Origin: Thermoanaerobaculia bacterium
GTDB lineage: Bacteria > Acidobacteriota > Thermoanaerobaculia > UBA5066
Assembly (NCBI GenBank): GCA_963816185.1
Contig: CAWFJJ010000001.1
Span: 416,001 to 480,000 of the forward strand
Length of the DNA: 64,000 nt
Reading direction: 5' to 3'
Below the pieces are notes generated by a model, which worked only from the letters and a program-made list of their open reading frames with translations, had not been told where the DNA came from and did not search any database. Every line of letters starts with the position of its first letter. Within the stretch, counting starts at the first letter, position 1. Positions 34,526 through 44,043 of the stretch are shown in pieces. The position numbers were made by a program, and so were the translations under genes.

Positions 34526-34936
34526 CGGGACGCTGAACGCGAGCGTCGCCCGAAAGTCCGGAAACGCCCCCTCCGTATCGACGGCCCCGAGGAGCGCGTG
34601 ATCGAGCTCGCGGGCAGGCGTCTTCGGCGTCGACAAGGCGAGGTTCGCCGTCACGCGGCCCTCGTCGAAGGCGAGCCACCTCGGGGCATGCAGCGTCCCA
34701 GGCGCCCGGCGCGCGGCCTCGAAGCACCCCGTGACGAACGTTCGGAGAATTTCGCCCTCCGCGAGCCCGGCGCCCTGGACGGGATACGTCTGCCCGTCGG
34801 AGGCGCCTGCCGGCGGCGCACCGCCGTAGGCGGCCTCGAGGGCGGCGTCGACGGCGTCGCGATAGAGCTCGTCGCGCGTCTTCGCGGCGAGCGTGATCGT
34901 GAGCCCGGAAGGAGTCTCGGAGATCCCGTAAGCCAC
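34517..34936 (-). CDS. Hypothetical protein, possibly a divergent archease-fold protein
   Basis: GAGGAGG SD and GTG start. Pattern [15 protein letters not shown]...A and C-terminal FRATLAFSV recall archease, but the DHTAD and KAVTYH motifs are absent. Confidence 0.5.
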   Translation of the reverse strand: MAYGISETPSGLTITLAAKTRDELYRDAVDAALEAAYGGAPPAGASDGQTYPVQGAGLAEGEILRTFVTGCFEAARRAPGTLHAPRWLAFDEGRVTANLALSTPKTPARELDHALLGAVDTEGAFPDFRATLAFSVPSH

Positions 34937-34993
34937 GTGCGAATCCTCCTCGATTGCGGCGGGCGATCTTAACCGGCTGCTAGTCTCGCGACG

Positions 34994-36211
34994 ATGATGC
35001 GCCTGCACGACCGGATCGCCGCGCGCATCCGCGCAGAGGGCCCGCTTCGCTTCGACGCCTTCCAGGAGGCTGCGCTGTACGACCCGGAGGGCGGGTACTA
35101 CGAGCGTGCGGGGCGCGTCGGCCGGACCGGCGACTTCGTGACCGGTCCGTCGTGGCACCCGGCCTTCGGGCGAACGATGGCGCGGATCGCGCGGCGATTG
35201 AGAGAGGAAGACCGGGGGATTTCTTCGAATGAGAGAGAGGGCGGACCGCGAGGCACGGGTGCGTCGAGGGACGGCGCCGCGGCGGGTCAGGCCGCCGGTG
35301 CGAGGAGCGGCGACGGCGTAGAGGCACCGACGGATCTCGTGGACGTCGGAGCCGGCGAGGGAGAGCTGCTTTCGGCGGCAGACGAGGCGCTGCGCGCGTG
35401 GGGGATCCGCGACCAGTTTCGCCTCGTCGGCGTCGAGCGCTCCGCCGTCCGCCGCGGCAAGGCCACCGAACGCGTGCCGAGCGCCGTCTGGCTTTCTTCA
35501 TTCGAAGAACTCGCCGAATCCTCTCTTCGGGGTCTTGTCGTCTGCTACGAGCTTTTCGATGCGCTCCCCGTCAGGGCGCTTTTCTTCGAAGGTGAAAAGC
35601 TGCTGGAGCGCGTCGTGACGCTGGGGACCGAGGGCGAGGGCTTCGCATGGGGCCTCGCCGAATGCGCCGACGGCGCCGAATTGCTCGACCGGTTCCGAGC
35701 CCGGGGCATTCACCTTCTAAGAAGACAAAAGCTCGAGGTGCGCTCCGGCGCCGCTCGTCTCGCCGCGAAGCTTGCCATGCGCCTTTCTCGCGGCCTCCTC
35801 CTCGTCTTCGACTACGGCGCGCCCGCGAAAGCGCTCTATTCGGTTGCGCGTGCGAACGGGACGCTCGAGGCGTTCGTCTCCCACGGCGTCACGCGTGACG
35901 TCCTCACGGAGCCAGGCAGCCGCGACCTGACGGCGTGGGTCGACTTTTCGGAGCTCGTGGAGGCCTTCACGGCCGCCGGGCTTTCCGTCACGGGGCCGGT
36001 AAGCCAGTCGCGCGTCCTCGCCTCGGCGGGGATCTTCGAGGACGTCACGACGGACGCCGGCGCTCCTCCCGACGCCGCACGCGAAGCGGACCGCCGCGCC
36101 GCCGCGGCCCTCATCCAGCCGGGCGGAATGGGGGAGTCGATTCGCGTCCTCCTCGCGTCCCGGGGCACGGCTCTCGGTTCGACGCTGGCCTCCTGGCATC
36201 GGCACAATTGA
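34994..36211 (+). CDS. SAM-dependent methyltransferase, MidA/NDUFAF7 family
   Basis: ALYDPEGGYY, GDFVT, DVGAGEG, ELFDALPV, FDYG, DLTAWVDF and PGGMG motifs. Lies directly upstream of nuoA. Confidence 0.88.
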   Translation: MMRLHDRIAARIRAEGPLRFDAFQEAALYDPEGGYYERAGRVGRTGDFVTGPSWHPAFGRTMARIARRLREEDRGISSNEREGGPRGTGASRDGAAAGQAAGARSGDGVEAPTDLVDVGAGEGELLSAADEALRAWGIRDQFRLVGVERSAVRRGKATERVPSAVWLSSFEELAESSLRGLVVCYELFDALPVRALFFEGEKLLERVVTLGTEGEGFAWGLAECADGAELLDRFRARGIHLLRRQKLEVRSGAARLAAKLAMRLSRGLLLVFDYGAPAKALYSVARANGTLEAFVSHGVTRDVLTEPGSRDLTAWVDFSELVEAFTAAGLSVTGPVSQSRVLASAGIFEDVTTDAGAPPDAAREADRRAAAALIQPGGMGESIRVLLASRGTALGSTLASWHRHN

Positions 36212-36225
36212 TGCCTTTGCATCGT

Positions 36226-36254
36226 TTGACTTCGCCGGGGTCGGCACACAAAAT
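36226..36254 (+). promoter_or_regulatory. Putative sigma70-type promoter of the nuo operon
   Basis: TTGACT-17 nt-CAAAAT. Confidence 0.45.
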
Positions 36255-36317
36255 CCTCTCCGTCTTGACCGAAGCCAGGCGGCGCGCAGGCGCGGTCGGA
36301 CCGCGAGGAACGTGCTC

Positions 36318-36686
36318 ATGAACCCATCCATGGCGTCCTACCTGCCGATCCTGTACTTCGCGGTCATGGCCGCGATCGTGCCGGTCGCCGGTCTCGCCGC
36401 GATGTCGCTCCTGAGGCCCTCGAAGCCGACGCCGACGAAGCTCGCGCCGTACGAGTGTGGCGTCGCCTCGCCGACCGAGGCCTTCGACCACCGGTTCTCG
36501 GTGCGGTACTACCTGATCGCCGTCCTCTTCGTCGTGTTCGACGTCGAGACGATCTTCCTGTTCCCGTGGGCGGTCATGTACCACAGGCTGAGGCTGTTCG
36601 GCCTCGTCGAGATGCTCGTCTTCCTCGTGATCCTGGTCGTCGGATACGTCTACGCGTGGCGGCGAGGGGCTCTTTCGTGGGCCTGA
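36318..36686 (+). CDS. nuoA: NADH-quinone oxidoreductase subunit A
   Basis: [15 protein letters not shown] and [12 protein letters not shown] motifs. Confidence 0.95.
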   Translation: MNPSMASYLPILYFAVMAAIVPVAGLAAMSLLRPSKPTPTKLAPYECGVASPTEAFDHRFSVRYYLIAVLFVVFDVETIFLFPWAVMYHRLRLFGLVEMLVFLVILVVGYVYAWRRGALSWA

Positions 36687-37180
36687 TCGAGAACTCGCTC
36701 CCGGACAACGTCCTCACGACCACCGTCGACTCCGTCATCGGATGGGGTCGCAAGAACTCGCTCTGGCCGATGCAGTTCGGCCTCGCGTGCTGCGCGATCG
36801 AGATGATGGCCGTCGTCGACAGCCGTCACGACATGGCGCGCTTCGGTGCCGAGGTCTTTCGCGGCTCGCCGCGCCAGTGCGACCTCATGATCGTCGCGGG
36901 CACCGTCACCGAGAAGATGGCGCCGATCATCAAGCGCCTCTACGACCAAATGGCCGACCCGAAGTGGGTCATCGCGATGGGCTCCTGCGCGACCTGCGGC
37001 GGCCCCTACCGGAGCTACGCGGTCACGCAGGGCGTCGACCGGATCGTGCCCGTGGACGTCTACGTGCCCGGCTGTCCGCCAAGGCCCGAGGCTCTCCTTT
37101 ACGGCCTCATGGAGCTCCAGAAGAAGATCCAGAAGATGCGCGTCGTGAGGCGCGCGCCGGAGGCGCTGGCCGTTGGCTGA
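36677..37180 (+). CDS. nuoB: NADH-quinone oxidoreductase subunit B
   Basis: [19 protein letters not shown] and PGCPPRPE motifs. Confidence 0.96.
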   Translation: MGLIENSLPDNVLTTTVDSVIGWGRKNSLWPMQFGLACCAIEMMAVVDSRHDMARFGAEVFRGSPRQCDLMIVAGTVTEKMAPIIKRLYDQMADPKWVIAMGSCATCGGPYRSYAVTQGVDRIVPVDVYVPGCPPRPEALLYGLMELQKKIQKMRVVRRAPEALAVG

Positions 37181-37895
37181 AGATCCGAAGGACGCTCCCG
37201 CCGCGTTTGCGGCCGGCGAGCCCGCAAAGCCGTCGGAGCCGGCGAAGCCCGCCGTCCCGGCGCCTGCGGCCTCCGCGCCGGTCGCCGCTCCGCCGAAGGC
37301 GGCGGCGCCTGCGAAGGCGGCCGCGCCCGCGAAGGCGCCGGTCCCGGCGCCTGTCGACGCGACCGGTGAGCCCCTCGTCGTCGCGCTCGCGGCAGCCGTT
37401 CCCGGCGCGGTGGTTTCTGCGAAGAGGATGGTCGGCCAGACGGCGATCGAGATCGCGCCCGACAGGCTCGTCGAGGCCTGCCACCACCTGTGCGACGCCG
37501 AGACGTTCACGTTCCTCGTCGACCTGACCGCCGTGGACTGGAAGGAGCGCGACCCGCGCTTCGACGTGGTGTACTGGCTCCATTCCTTCGACCGCGGCAA
37601 CGAGCGCGTGCGCCTGAAGGTCGGCGTCAAGGACGGAGACGCGTGCCCGACCGTCTCGGGCGTATGGGAGACCGCGAACTGGATGGAGCGCGAGGTGTTC
37701 GATCTCTTCGGAATCCCCTTCGAGGGCCATCCCGATCTCCGCCGCATCCTCACGTGGGACGGCTTCCAGGGCCATCCGCTGAGGAAGGACTTCCCGGTCG
37801 AGGGCATCGACACGGGCGCGGCGATCTACCCCGATCGCTATCCGGAGGGCGGCGGGCCCGGGCCCGACGACAAAAACAGAAAGACCGTCTCGTGA
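37173..37895 (+). CDS. nuoC: NADH-quinone oxidoreductase subunit C with Pro/Ala-rich N-terminal extension
   Basis: [27 protein letters not shown] and GHPLRKDFP motifs. Confidence 0.93.
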   Translation: MAEDPKDAPAAFAAGEPAKPSEPAKPAVPAPAASAPVAAPPKAAAPAKAAAPAKAPVPAPVDATGEPLVVALAAAVPGAVVSAKRMVGQTAIEIAPDRLVEACHHLCDAETFTFLVDLTAVDWKERDPRFDVVYWLHSFDRGNERVRLKVGVKDGDACPTVSGVWETANWMEREVFDLFGIPFEGHPDLRRILTWDGFQGHPLRKDFPVEGIDTGAAIYPDRYPEGGGPGPDDKNRKTVS

Positions 37896-39049
37896 GCGAG
37901 GCCGTCGGCACGGTCGGCGCGGTCGGGGACGCTGGCGACAGGATGCTCGGGCTCCGCGAGATGGAGCTCAACTTCGGGCCGCAGCACCCGTCGACCCACG
38001 GCGTCCTGCGCATCGTCCTCAAGGTGGACGGCGAGCGCATCGTTTCGGCGCGGCCGGACATCGGGTACCTCCACCGCGGCACCGAGAAGCTGTTCGAGAC
38101 CGAGACCTACCCGATGGTGATCCCGCACACGGACCGCCTCGACTACGTCGCGGCCGCGACGAACAACCACGCGTACGTCCTGGCTGTCGAGAAGCTTCTG
38201 GGTCTCGAAATTCCCAAACGCGCGCAGTACATCCGCGTCGTCCTCGACGAGATGCAGCGCATCTCCTCGCACCTCCTCTGGCTCGCGACGGCCGCGATCG
38301 ACCTCGGCGCGATCACGCCCTTCTTCTACACGTTCCGCGAGCGCGAGGTCATCCTCGACCTCTTCGAGGACTACTGCGGCGCGCGCCTCACGCTCAACTG
38401 CATGCGCGTCGGCGGCCTCGAGGAGGAGCTGACCCCCGGCTGGATCGAGAAGCTCCGCGCGTTCACGGAAGACCTCGGCGGCAAGATCGACGAGTACGAG
38501 GAGCTTTTGACCGAGAATCGCATCTGGAAGGATCGGACGATCGGCGTCGGGATCCTCAAGACGGACCGCTGCATCGCCTGGGGCGTCACGGGGCCGCCGC
38601 TGCGCGCCTCGGGCCTCGAGTGGGATATCCGTCGGGCGCTCCCGTACGAGTGCTATCCCGAGCTCGACTTCGAGATCCCGACGCGGAAAAACGCGGACAC
38701 GTACGACCGCTATCTCGTGAGGATCGCCGAGCTCCGCCAGAGCCGCCGGATCCTCCTCCAATGCTGCGACTGGCTGACGGCGAACCCGACCGGCGAGATC
38801 CGCGGGAAGGTCCCGCGCGTCATCAAGCCGCCCGCCGGGGACGCGTACGCGAGCGTCGAGTCTCCGAAGGGAGAGCTCGGCTTCTACCTCGTCTCGAATG
38901 GCGGCAACAAGCCCTACCGGCTGCGCGTCCGGCCGCCGAGCTTCATCAATCTCCAGGCGCTTCCCGAGATGGCGCGCGGCCACATGGTGTCGGATCTCGT
39001 CGCGATCATCGGGACGATCGACATCGTCCTCGGCGAAGTGGACCGATGA
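37892..39049 (+). CDS. nuoD: NADH-quinone oxidoreductase subunit D
   Basis: [29 protein letters not shown] and GEVDR motifs. Confidence 0.96.
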   Translation: MSEAVGTVGAVGDAGDRMLGLREMELNFGPQHPSTHGVLRIVLKVDGERIVSARPDIGYLHRGTEKLFETETYPMVIPHTDRLDYVAAATNNHAYVLAVEKLLGLEIPKRAQYIRVVLDEMQRISSHLLWLATAAIDLGAITPFFYTFREREVILDLFEDYCGARLTLNCMRVGGLEEELTPGWIEKLRAFTEDLGGKIDEYEELLTENRIWKDRTIGVGILKTDRCIAWGVTGPPLRASGLEWDIRRALPYECYPELDFEIPTRKNADTYDRYLVRIAELRQSRRILLQCCDWLTANPTGEIRGKVPRVIKPPAGDAYASVESPKGELGFYLVSNGGNKPYRLRVRPPSFINLQALPEMARGHMVSDLVAIIGTIDIVLGEVDR

Positions 39050-39174
39050 AGAAAGAGAAGATTTCTGCGAATGAAAGACGGCCGCTGGCTGCGGTGTGCC
39101 GAGGCGACGCACCTGCTCTCTTCACCTTCAAAGGAATTTGCGGCCTGACGACCTGCAATGAGGCTTCAATCTAG

Positions 39175-40359
39175 ATGGAAGTCAGCGAGAGCCTCCTCAA
39201 CTATTTCTTGATCCCGGCCGTCAAGGCCGTCGTCGTCGTGATCCTCGTCGCGACGGCCGCGGGTGTCCTCACCTACATCGAGCGCCGGACGCTGGCGTTC
39301 CTCCAGGTGCGCAAGGGTCCGAACCGCGTCGGCCCGGAAGGGATCCTGCAGTTCGTGGCGGACGTCGTGAAGCTCCTCACGAAGGAAGACGTCGTCCCCG
39401 CGAAGGCGCAGCACTTCATCCACTTCCTCGCGCCGGTCCTCGTGATGGTCCCCGGCCTGGCCGTCTTCGCAGTGCTCCCGTGGGGCCCCGAGTTCACGGT
39501 GCGGATTCCGGGCCTCGGGAAGATCACGACGGCGTGGTATGCGGCGGATTTGAACGTCTCGCTCCTCCTCGTTCTCGCCATCACGTCGATCGGGGTTTAC
39601 GGGATCATCCTCGGCGGCTGGGCGTCGAACTCGAAATACGCTCTCCTCGGAGGTCTCCGCTCGGCGGCGCAGCTCATCAGCTACGAGGTCCCGATGGGCT
39701 TTGCGGTCGTGAGCGCGATCCTCATGGCGCGGTCGCTCTCCCTCGTCGAGATCGTCGAGGCGCAGCGCGCGCACCACATGTGGTTCATCCTCCCCGGCCT
39801 CGTCGCATTCCTCCTCTATTTCGTCTCGGGGGTCGCGGAGACGAACCGCATCCCCTTCGACCTCCCGGAAGCCGAGAGCGAGCTCGTCGCCGGTTTCCAC
39901 ACCGAGTACTCGGGCTTCCGCTGGGCGATCTTCTTCCTGACCGAGTACGCGAACATGATCACGATCTCGGCGGTCGCGACCGCACTGTTCTTCGGCGGCT
40001 GGCTGCGGCCTTTCCCGAGCGTCAAGGCCTTCGCGTTCCTCGACGTGATCCCTCCGATCCTGTGGTTCGTCCTGAAGGTCGCGGCCTTCCTCTTCGTCTA
40101 CATCTGGTTCCGCGGGACCTTCCCGCGTTACCGGTTCGACCAGCTCATGGCGCTCGGGTGGAAGACCCTCATCCCGATCTCCCTCGGGAACCTCGTCCTC
40201 GTCGCTCTCGCAGCGCTCGGCGGGACGCGCGGCCTGAGGATCCTCGGCACGGTCCTCTGGGTCGCCGCCGCCGGCGCTTTCCTCATCGTGACCCGGCTGC
40301 GCGCAGCGGGGAAGCCGGCCGCGTCGCCTCCCGCAACGCCGCGGCCGGTGGAGGCCTGA
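39175..40359 (+). CDS. nuoH: NADH-quinone oxidoreductase subunit H
   Basis: RKGPNRVG, SNSKY, ETNRIPFDLPEAESEL and PRYRFDQL motifs. Confidence 0.96.
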   Translation: MEVSESLLNYFLIPAVKAVVVVILVATAAGVLTYIERRTLAFLQVRKGPNRVGPEGILQFVADVVKLLTKEDVVPAKAQHFIHFLAPVLVMVPGLAVFAVLPWGPEFTVRIPGLGKITTAWYAADLNVSLLLVLAITSIGVYGIILGGWASNSKYALLGGLRSAAQLISYEVPMGFAVVSAILMARSLSLVEIVEAQRAHHMWFILPGLVAFLLYFVSGVAETNRIPFDLPEAESELVAGFHTEYSGFRWAIFFLTEYANMITISAVATALFFGGWLRPFPSVKAFAFLDVIPPILWFVLKVAAFLFVYIWFRGTFPRYRFDQLMALGWKTLIPISLGNLVLVALAALGGTRGLRILGTVLWVAAAGAFLIVTRLRAAGKPAASPPATPRPVEA

Positions 40360-40360
40360 C

Positions 40361-40837
40361 ATGAGCTTCTGGGACGACGTCCTCCTCCTCGACATCTTCG
40401 AAGGCCTCCGGATGACCGGGCGGCATCTCTTCCGGAAGGCCGATACGGTCGAGTATCCGGAGCAGGCGAAGGAACCGAGCGACCGCTTTCGCGGGATGTT
40501 CCGGCTCGATGAGGAACGCTGCATCAAGTGCACGCTCTGCGCGATCGAGTGCCCGATCAACATCATCTTCATCGACTGGCACAACGAGAAGAACGAGGCC
40601 GGCAAGAACGAGAAGGTCCTCGACCGGTTCGACGTGGACCTCAAGCGCTGCATGTTCTGCGGCCTCTGCGAAGAGGCGTGCCCGACGAATCCGAAGTCGA
40701 TCTGGCTCCGGACGAAGACCTACGAGCTCGGAACCTACGAGCGGAACGAGGCCCTCTACCTCGATATCCGGAAGCTCACGAAGTGGGATGAGAACGTCAA
40801 GCCATTCACCGTGGTCGAGCCGGGGGAGGGACGGTGA
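40361..40837 (+). CDS. nuoI: NADH-quinone oxidoreductase subunit I
   Basis: Two CxxCxxCxxxCP motifs; EYPE and RFRG. Confidence 0.95.
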   Translation: MSFWDDVLLLDIFEGLRMTGRHLFRKADTVEYPEQAKEPSDRFRGMFRLDEERCIKCTLCAIECPINIIFIDWHNEKNEAGKNEKVLDRFDVDLKRCMFCGLCEEACPTNPKSIWLRTKTYELGTYERNEALYLDIRKLTKWDENVKPFTVVEPGEGR

Positions 40838-41439
40838 CGGCGCCGTTCTTCTTCTGGTTTTTCGCGGTGATCGTCGTGTTCGGCGCCGTCGGTGTCGTCG
40901 CGATGCGTCAGCCGGTCCACTCGGCGCTGTTCCTCCTCCTTTCGTTCCTCGGCGTCGCGGCGCTCTTCGTCACGGCGAATGCCGAGTTCCTGGCAGCCGT
41001 CCAGATCCTCGTGTACGCGGGCGGGATCATGGTGCTCTTCCTCTTCACGATCATGCTCGTGAACATCCGGCGCACGGCGGGCGAGCCCTACGTGAACCGG
41101 CAGGCGGGCGCGGCGCTTCTCGTCGCGTTTCTTCTCCTCGCCGTCGTCGGCGGCACGGTCGTCGCCTCGGCGCGGACGCGCGGACTCTCGGACGCCGCCG
41201 GGCCCGCCGACGCCGCGAAGCTCTCGACGACGTCCGTCACCCGCTGGGTGACGGAGACCGTCGACGGGAAGAGGGTGAAGAAGGAGGTCACGGAGGAGGT
41301 CGCCGGCAACAGCCAGGCGGTCGCCTGGGGCCTCTACCGCGACTACCTGCTGCCGTTCGAGGTCGCGTCCGTGTTCCTGCTCGTCGCGATGATCGGCGCG
41401 GTCGTGCTCGGGAAACGGACGATGGAGCACGTCGACTGA
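40834..41439 (+). CDS. nuoJ: NADH-quinone oxidoreductase subunit J
   Basis: PVHSAL, QILVYAGGIMVLF and YLLPFE motifs. Confidence 0.95.
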   Translation: MTAPFFFWFFAVIVVFGAVGVVAMRQPVHSALFLLLSFLGVAALFVTANAEFLAAVQILVYAGGIMVLFLFTIMLVNIRRTAGEPYVNRQAGAALLVAFLLLAVVGGTVVASARTRGLSDAAGPADAAKLSTTSVTRWVTETVDGKRVKKEVTEEVAGNSQAVAWGLYRDYLLPFEVASVFLLVAMIGAVVLGKRTMEHVD

Positions 41440-41741
41440 TGATCGGCGTCACGCACTACGTCGCGCTTTCGTTCGTGCTCTTCGCCATCGGCGTCACGGG
41501 CGTCCTCATCCGTCGGAACCTCCTGACGGTGCTGATGTCGATCGAGCTCATCCTCAACGCCGCGAACCTGAACCTCATCGCGTTCTCGCGCCAGCTCGGC
41601 GACCTCAACGGGCAGCTCTTCGCCGTGTTCGTCATCACGCTCGCCGCGGGCGAGGCCGCGATCGGCCTCGCGATCATCATCTCCATGTACCGCCTCAAAG
41701 GCTCCGTGAACCTCGATGACGCCGCCGAGCTGAGGGGATAG
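41439..41741 (+). CDS. nuoK: NADH-quinone oxidoreductase subunit K
   Basis: RRNLL, IELILNAAN, GQLF and AAGEAAIGLA motifs. Confidence 0.95.
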   Translation: MIGVTHYVALSFVLFAIGVTGVLIRRNLLTVLMSIELILNAANLNLIAFSRQLGDLNGQLFAVFVITLAAGEAAIGLAIIISMYRLKGSVNLDDAAELRG

Positions 41742-41744
41742 CGC

Positions 41745-44033
41745 GTGAATTCAGCCGCCATCCTGCCCTGGATCCTCGTCTTTCCGCTGCTCGGGTTCCT
41801 CGTGAACGGGCTCCTGTACATGGTGTCGCATTCGAAGCTGGGCGGGAAGGACGCCCCGAAAGGCGCGCACGGGCCCGGCCCTGACGAAGCGCCGAAGGGT
41901 CCCGGGCACCATCCGCATCCCGAGGAGGCGGGGGAGCACGCCCTGACGCACGACCCCCGTCACGCGGTCACCCCCGGCGCCGACGCGCACGCGCGGCACG
42001 AGATCCCGTTCGCCGGCGCGCACACGATCATCGGCCCGGCGGCCTGCGCGCTGTCGTTCGTCACGGCGCTCCTCGCGATCTTCGCGTGGTGGGGCGAGAC
42101 CCACGGGCAGACGGGCGTCGTCGCGACGCTCTGGACGTGGCTGCCGATGGGGGAGAACGCCACGTGGTTCGGCACGAAGGTGCTTTCGATCGACGTCGCG
42201 TTCCGCATCGACGCGCTCTCGGCGGTCATGCTCTTCTTCGTGACGTTCATCGGAGCCCTCATTCACGTCTACTCGGTCGGGTACATGGGCCACGACCCCG
42301 GTTACGGCCGCTATTTTTCGTATTTGAATCTCTTCATGTTCGCGATGCTCACGCTCGTCCTCGGCGCGAGCCTGCCGATCCTGTTCGTGGGCTGGGAAGG
42401 CGTCGGGCTCTGTTCGTACCTCCTGATCGGCTTCTACTGGAACAAGGATTACGCCGCGGACGCCGGCAAGAAGGCGTTCGTCGTCAACCGCATCGGCGAC
42501 TTCGGCTTCGTCCTGGGCATCTTCGGGTGCTTCGCGCTCTTCGGCACCGCGGACTTCGACCGGATGTTCGCGCTCGCCGCGGCCGATCCGGGCCGTTACG
42601 CGGCCGGGGGTCTCCTGACGGCGGTGTGCGTGTGCCTCTTCGTCGGGGCCTGCGGCAAGAGCGCCCAGATTCCGCTCTACGTGTGGCTTCCGGACGCGAT
42701 GGCCGGCCCGACGCCCGTCTCGGCGCTCATCCACGCGGCCACGATGGTCACGGCCGGCGTCTACATGGTCGCGCGCTGCAACCTCTTCTTCCGCATCTCG
42801 CACGCCTGGGCGGTGGAATCGGCGCACGGTCACCCGACGACCGGCTGGCTCCTCACGCACGACGCCTCCTTCGTCGTCGCCGTCATCGGGTGCGCGACCG
42901 CTTTCTTCGCGGCGACGATGGGCCTCGCCCAGAACGACATCAAGAAGGTTCTCGCGTATTCCACGGTCTCGCAGCTCGGCTACATGTTCCTCGGGTGCGG
43001 CGTCCTCGCGTTCTCGGCGGGCATCTTCCACGTCTTCACGCACGCGTGGTTCAAGGCGTGCCTCTTCCTCGGCTCGGGCTCCGTCATCCACGCTCTTTCG
43101 GGCGAGCAGGACATGACGAAGATGGGGGGCCTGAGGAAGCTCGTCCCGCACACGTTCCTCACGATGTTCGTCGCCACGCTCGCGATCGCGGGCGTGCCCG
43201 GCTTCGCGGGCTTCTTCTCGAAGGACGCGATCCTCGGCGAGACGTACGCGGCCGGGCATCCGGTCCTGTGGGGCCTCGCGGTCCTCACGGCGGGACTCAC
43301 GGCTTTCTACATGTTCCGCCTCATCCGGATGACGTTCTTCGGAACGTTCCGGGGAACGCCCGAGCAGCTCCGGCACGTCCACGAGTCCCCCGCCTCGATG
43401 ACGGTGCCGCTCTACGTCCTCGCGGCCGGTGCCGCTTTCACGGGCTTCCTCGGCATCCCGAGGTTCATCCTCGGGGGCGACGGGACGTTCGAGAAGTTCC
43501 TCGAGCCGGTCTTCCTGAAGCTACCGGCGGCCTTCGTCCTCGAGTCGCACGAGCTCCCGCACGCGACCGAATGGCTCCTCATGGGCACTTCGGTTCTCGT
43601 GGCCGTGCTCGGAATCGCTCTCGCCTGGAGCCTCTACTCGGGTGCGTTCCCGTTCGCGATTCCGTCCCGGATCGCGGCGTCTCTCGGCGGGCTGTACCGG
43701 CTCGTGCGCGACAAGTACCGCGTGGACGAGCTCTACGAGGCCGTTTTCGTGAACGGCCTCATCAAGAAGGGCGGCCGCCTGCTCTGGGAGATCGACGCCC
43801 GGGTCGTCGACCTCATCCCGAACGGAGCCGCCGGCTTCGCGGTCGGGCTCTCGAACGTCTCCGCGTGGTTCGACCGGACGTTCGTAGACGGCGCCGTGAA
43901 CGGCGTCGGGAACACCTTCCAGGCCGCGTTCCGCGGGATGCATCGCGCCCAGACCGGCCGGACCCAGAACTATGCGCTGACGATGGCCGTCGGCATCTTC
44001 GGCTTCGTATGCCTTTATCTGCTCCTGACGTGA
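41745..44033 (+). CDS. nuoL: NADH-quinone oxidoreductase subunit L with His-rich insertion
   Basis: GWEGVG, NRIGD, WLPDAMAGPTPVSALIHAATMV and DIKKVLAYST motifs. Confidence 0.96.
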   Translation: MNSAAILPWILVFPLLGFLVNGLLYMVSHSKLGGKDAPKGAHGPGPDEAPKGPGHHPHPEEAGEHALTHDPRHAVTPGADAHARHEIPFAGAHTIIGPAACALSFVTALLAIFAWWGETHGQTGVVATLWTWLPMGENATWFGTKVLSIDVAFRIDALSAVMLFFVTFIGALIHVYSVGYMGHDPGYGRYFSYLNLFMFAMLTLVLGASLPILFVGWEGVGLCSYLLIGFYWNKDYAADAGKKAFVVNRIGDFGFVLGIFGCFALFGTADFDRMFALAAADPGRYAAGGLLTAVCVCLFVGACGKSAQIPLYVWLPDAMAGPTPVSALIHAATMVTAGVYMVARCNLFFRISHAWAVESAHGHPTTGWLLTHDASFVVAVIGCATAFFAATMGLAQNDIKKVLAYSTVSQLGYMFLGCGVLAFSAGIFHVFTHAWFKACLFLGSGSVIHALSGEQDMTKMGGLRKLVPHTFLTMFVATLAIAGVPGFAGFFSKDAILGETYAAGHPVLWGLAVLTAGLTAFYMFRLIRMTFFGTFRGTPEQLRHVHESPASMTVPLYVLAAGAAFTGFLGIPRFILGGDGTFEKFLEPVFLKLPAAFVLESHELPHATEWLLMGTSVLVAVLGIALAWSLYSGAFPFAIPSRIAASLGGLYRLVRDKYRVDELYEAVFVNGLIKKGGRLLWEIDARVVDLIPNGAAGFAVGLSNVSAWFDRTFVDGAVNGVGNTFQAAFRGMHRAQTGRTQNYALTMAVGIFGFVCLYLLLT

Positions 44034-44043
44034 AGGACGGCGA

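Noticed and set aside
37190-37350. Tandem-like repeats (AAPAKA) at the 5' end of nuoC
   Set aside because: Low-complexity protein linker rather than a DNA repeat element.
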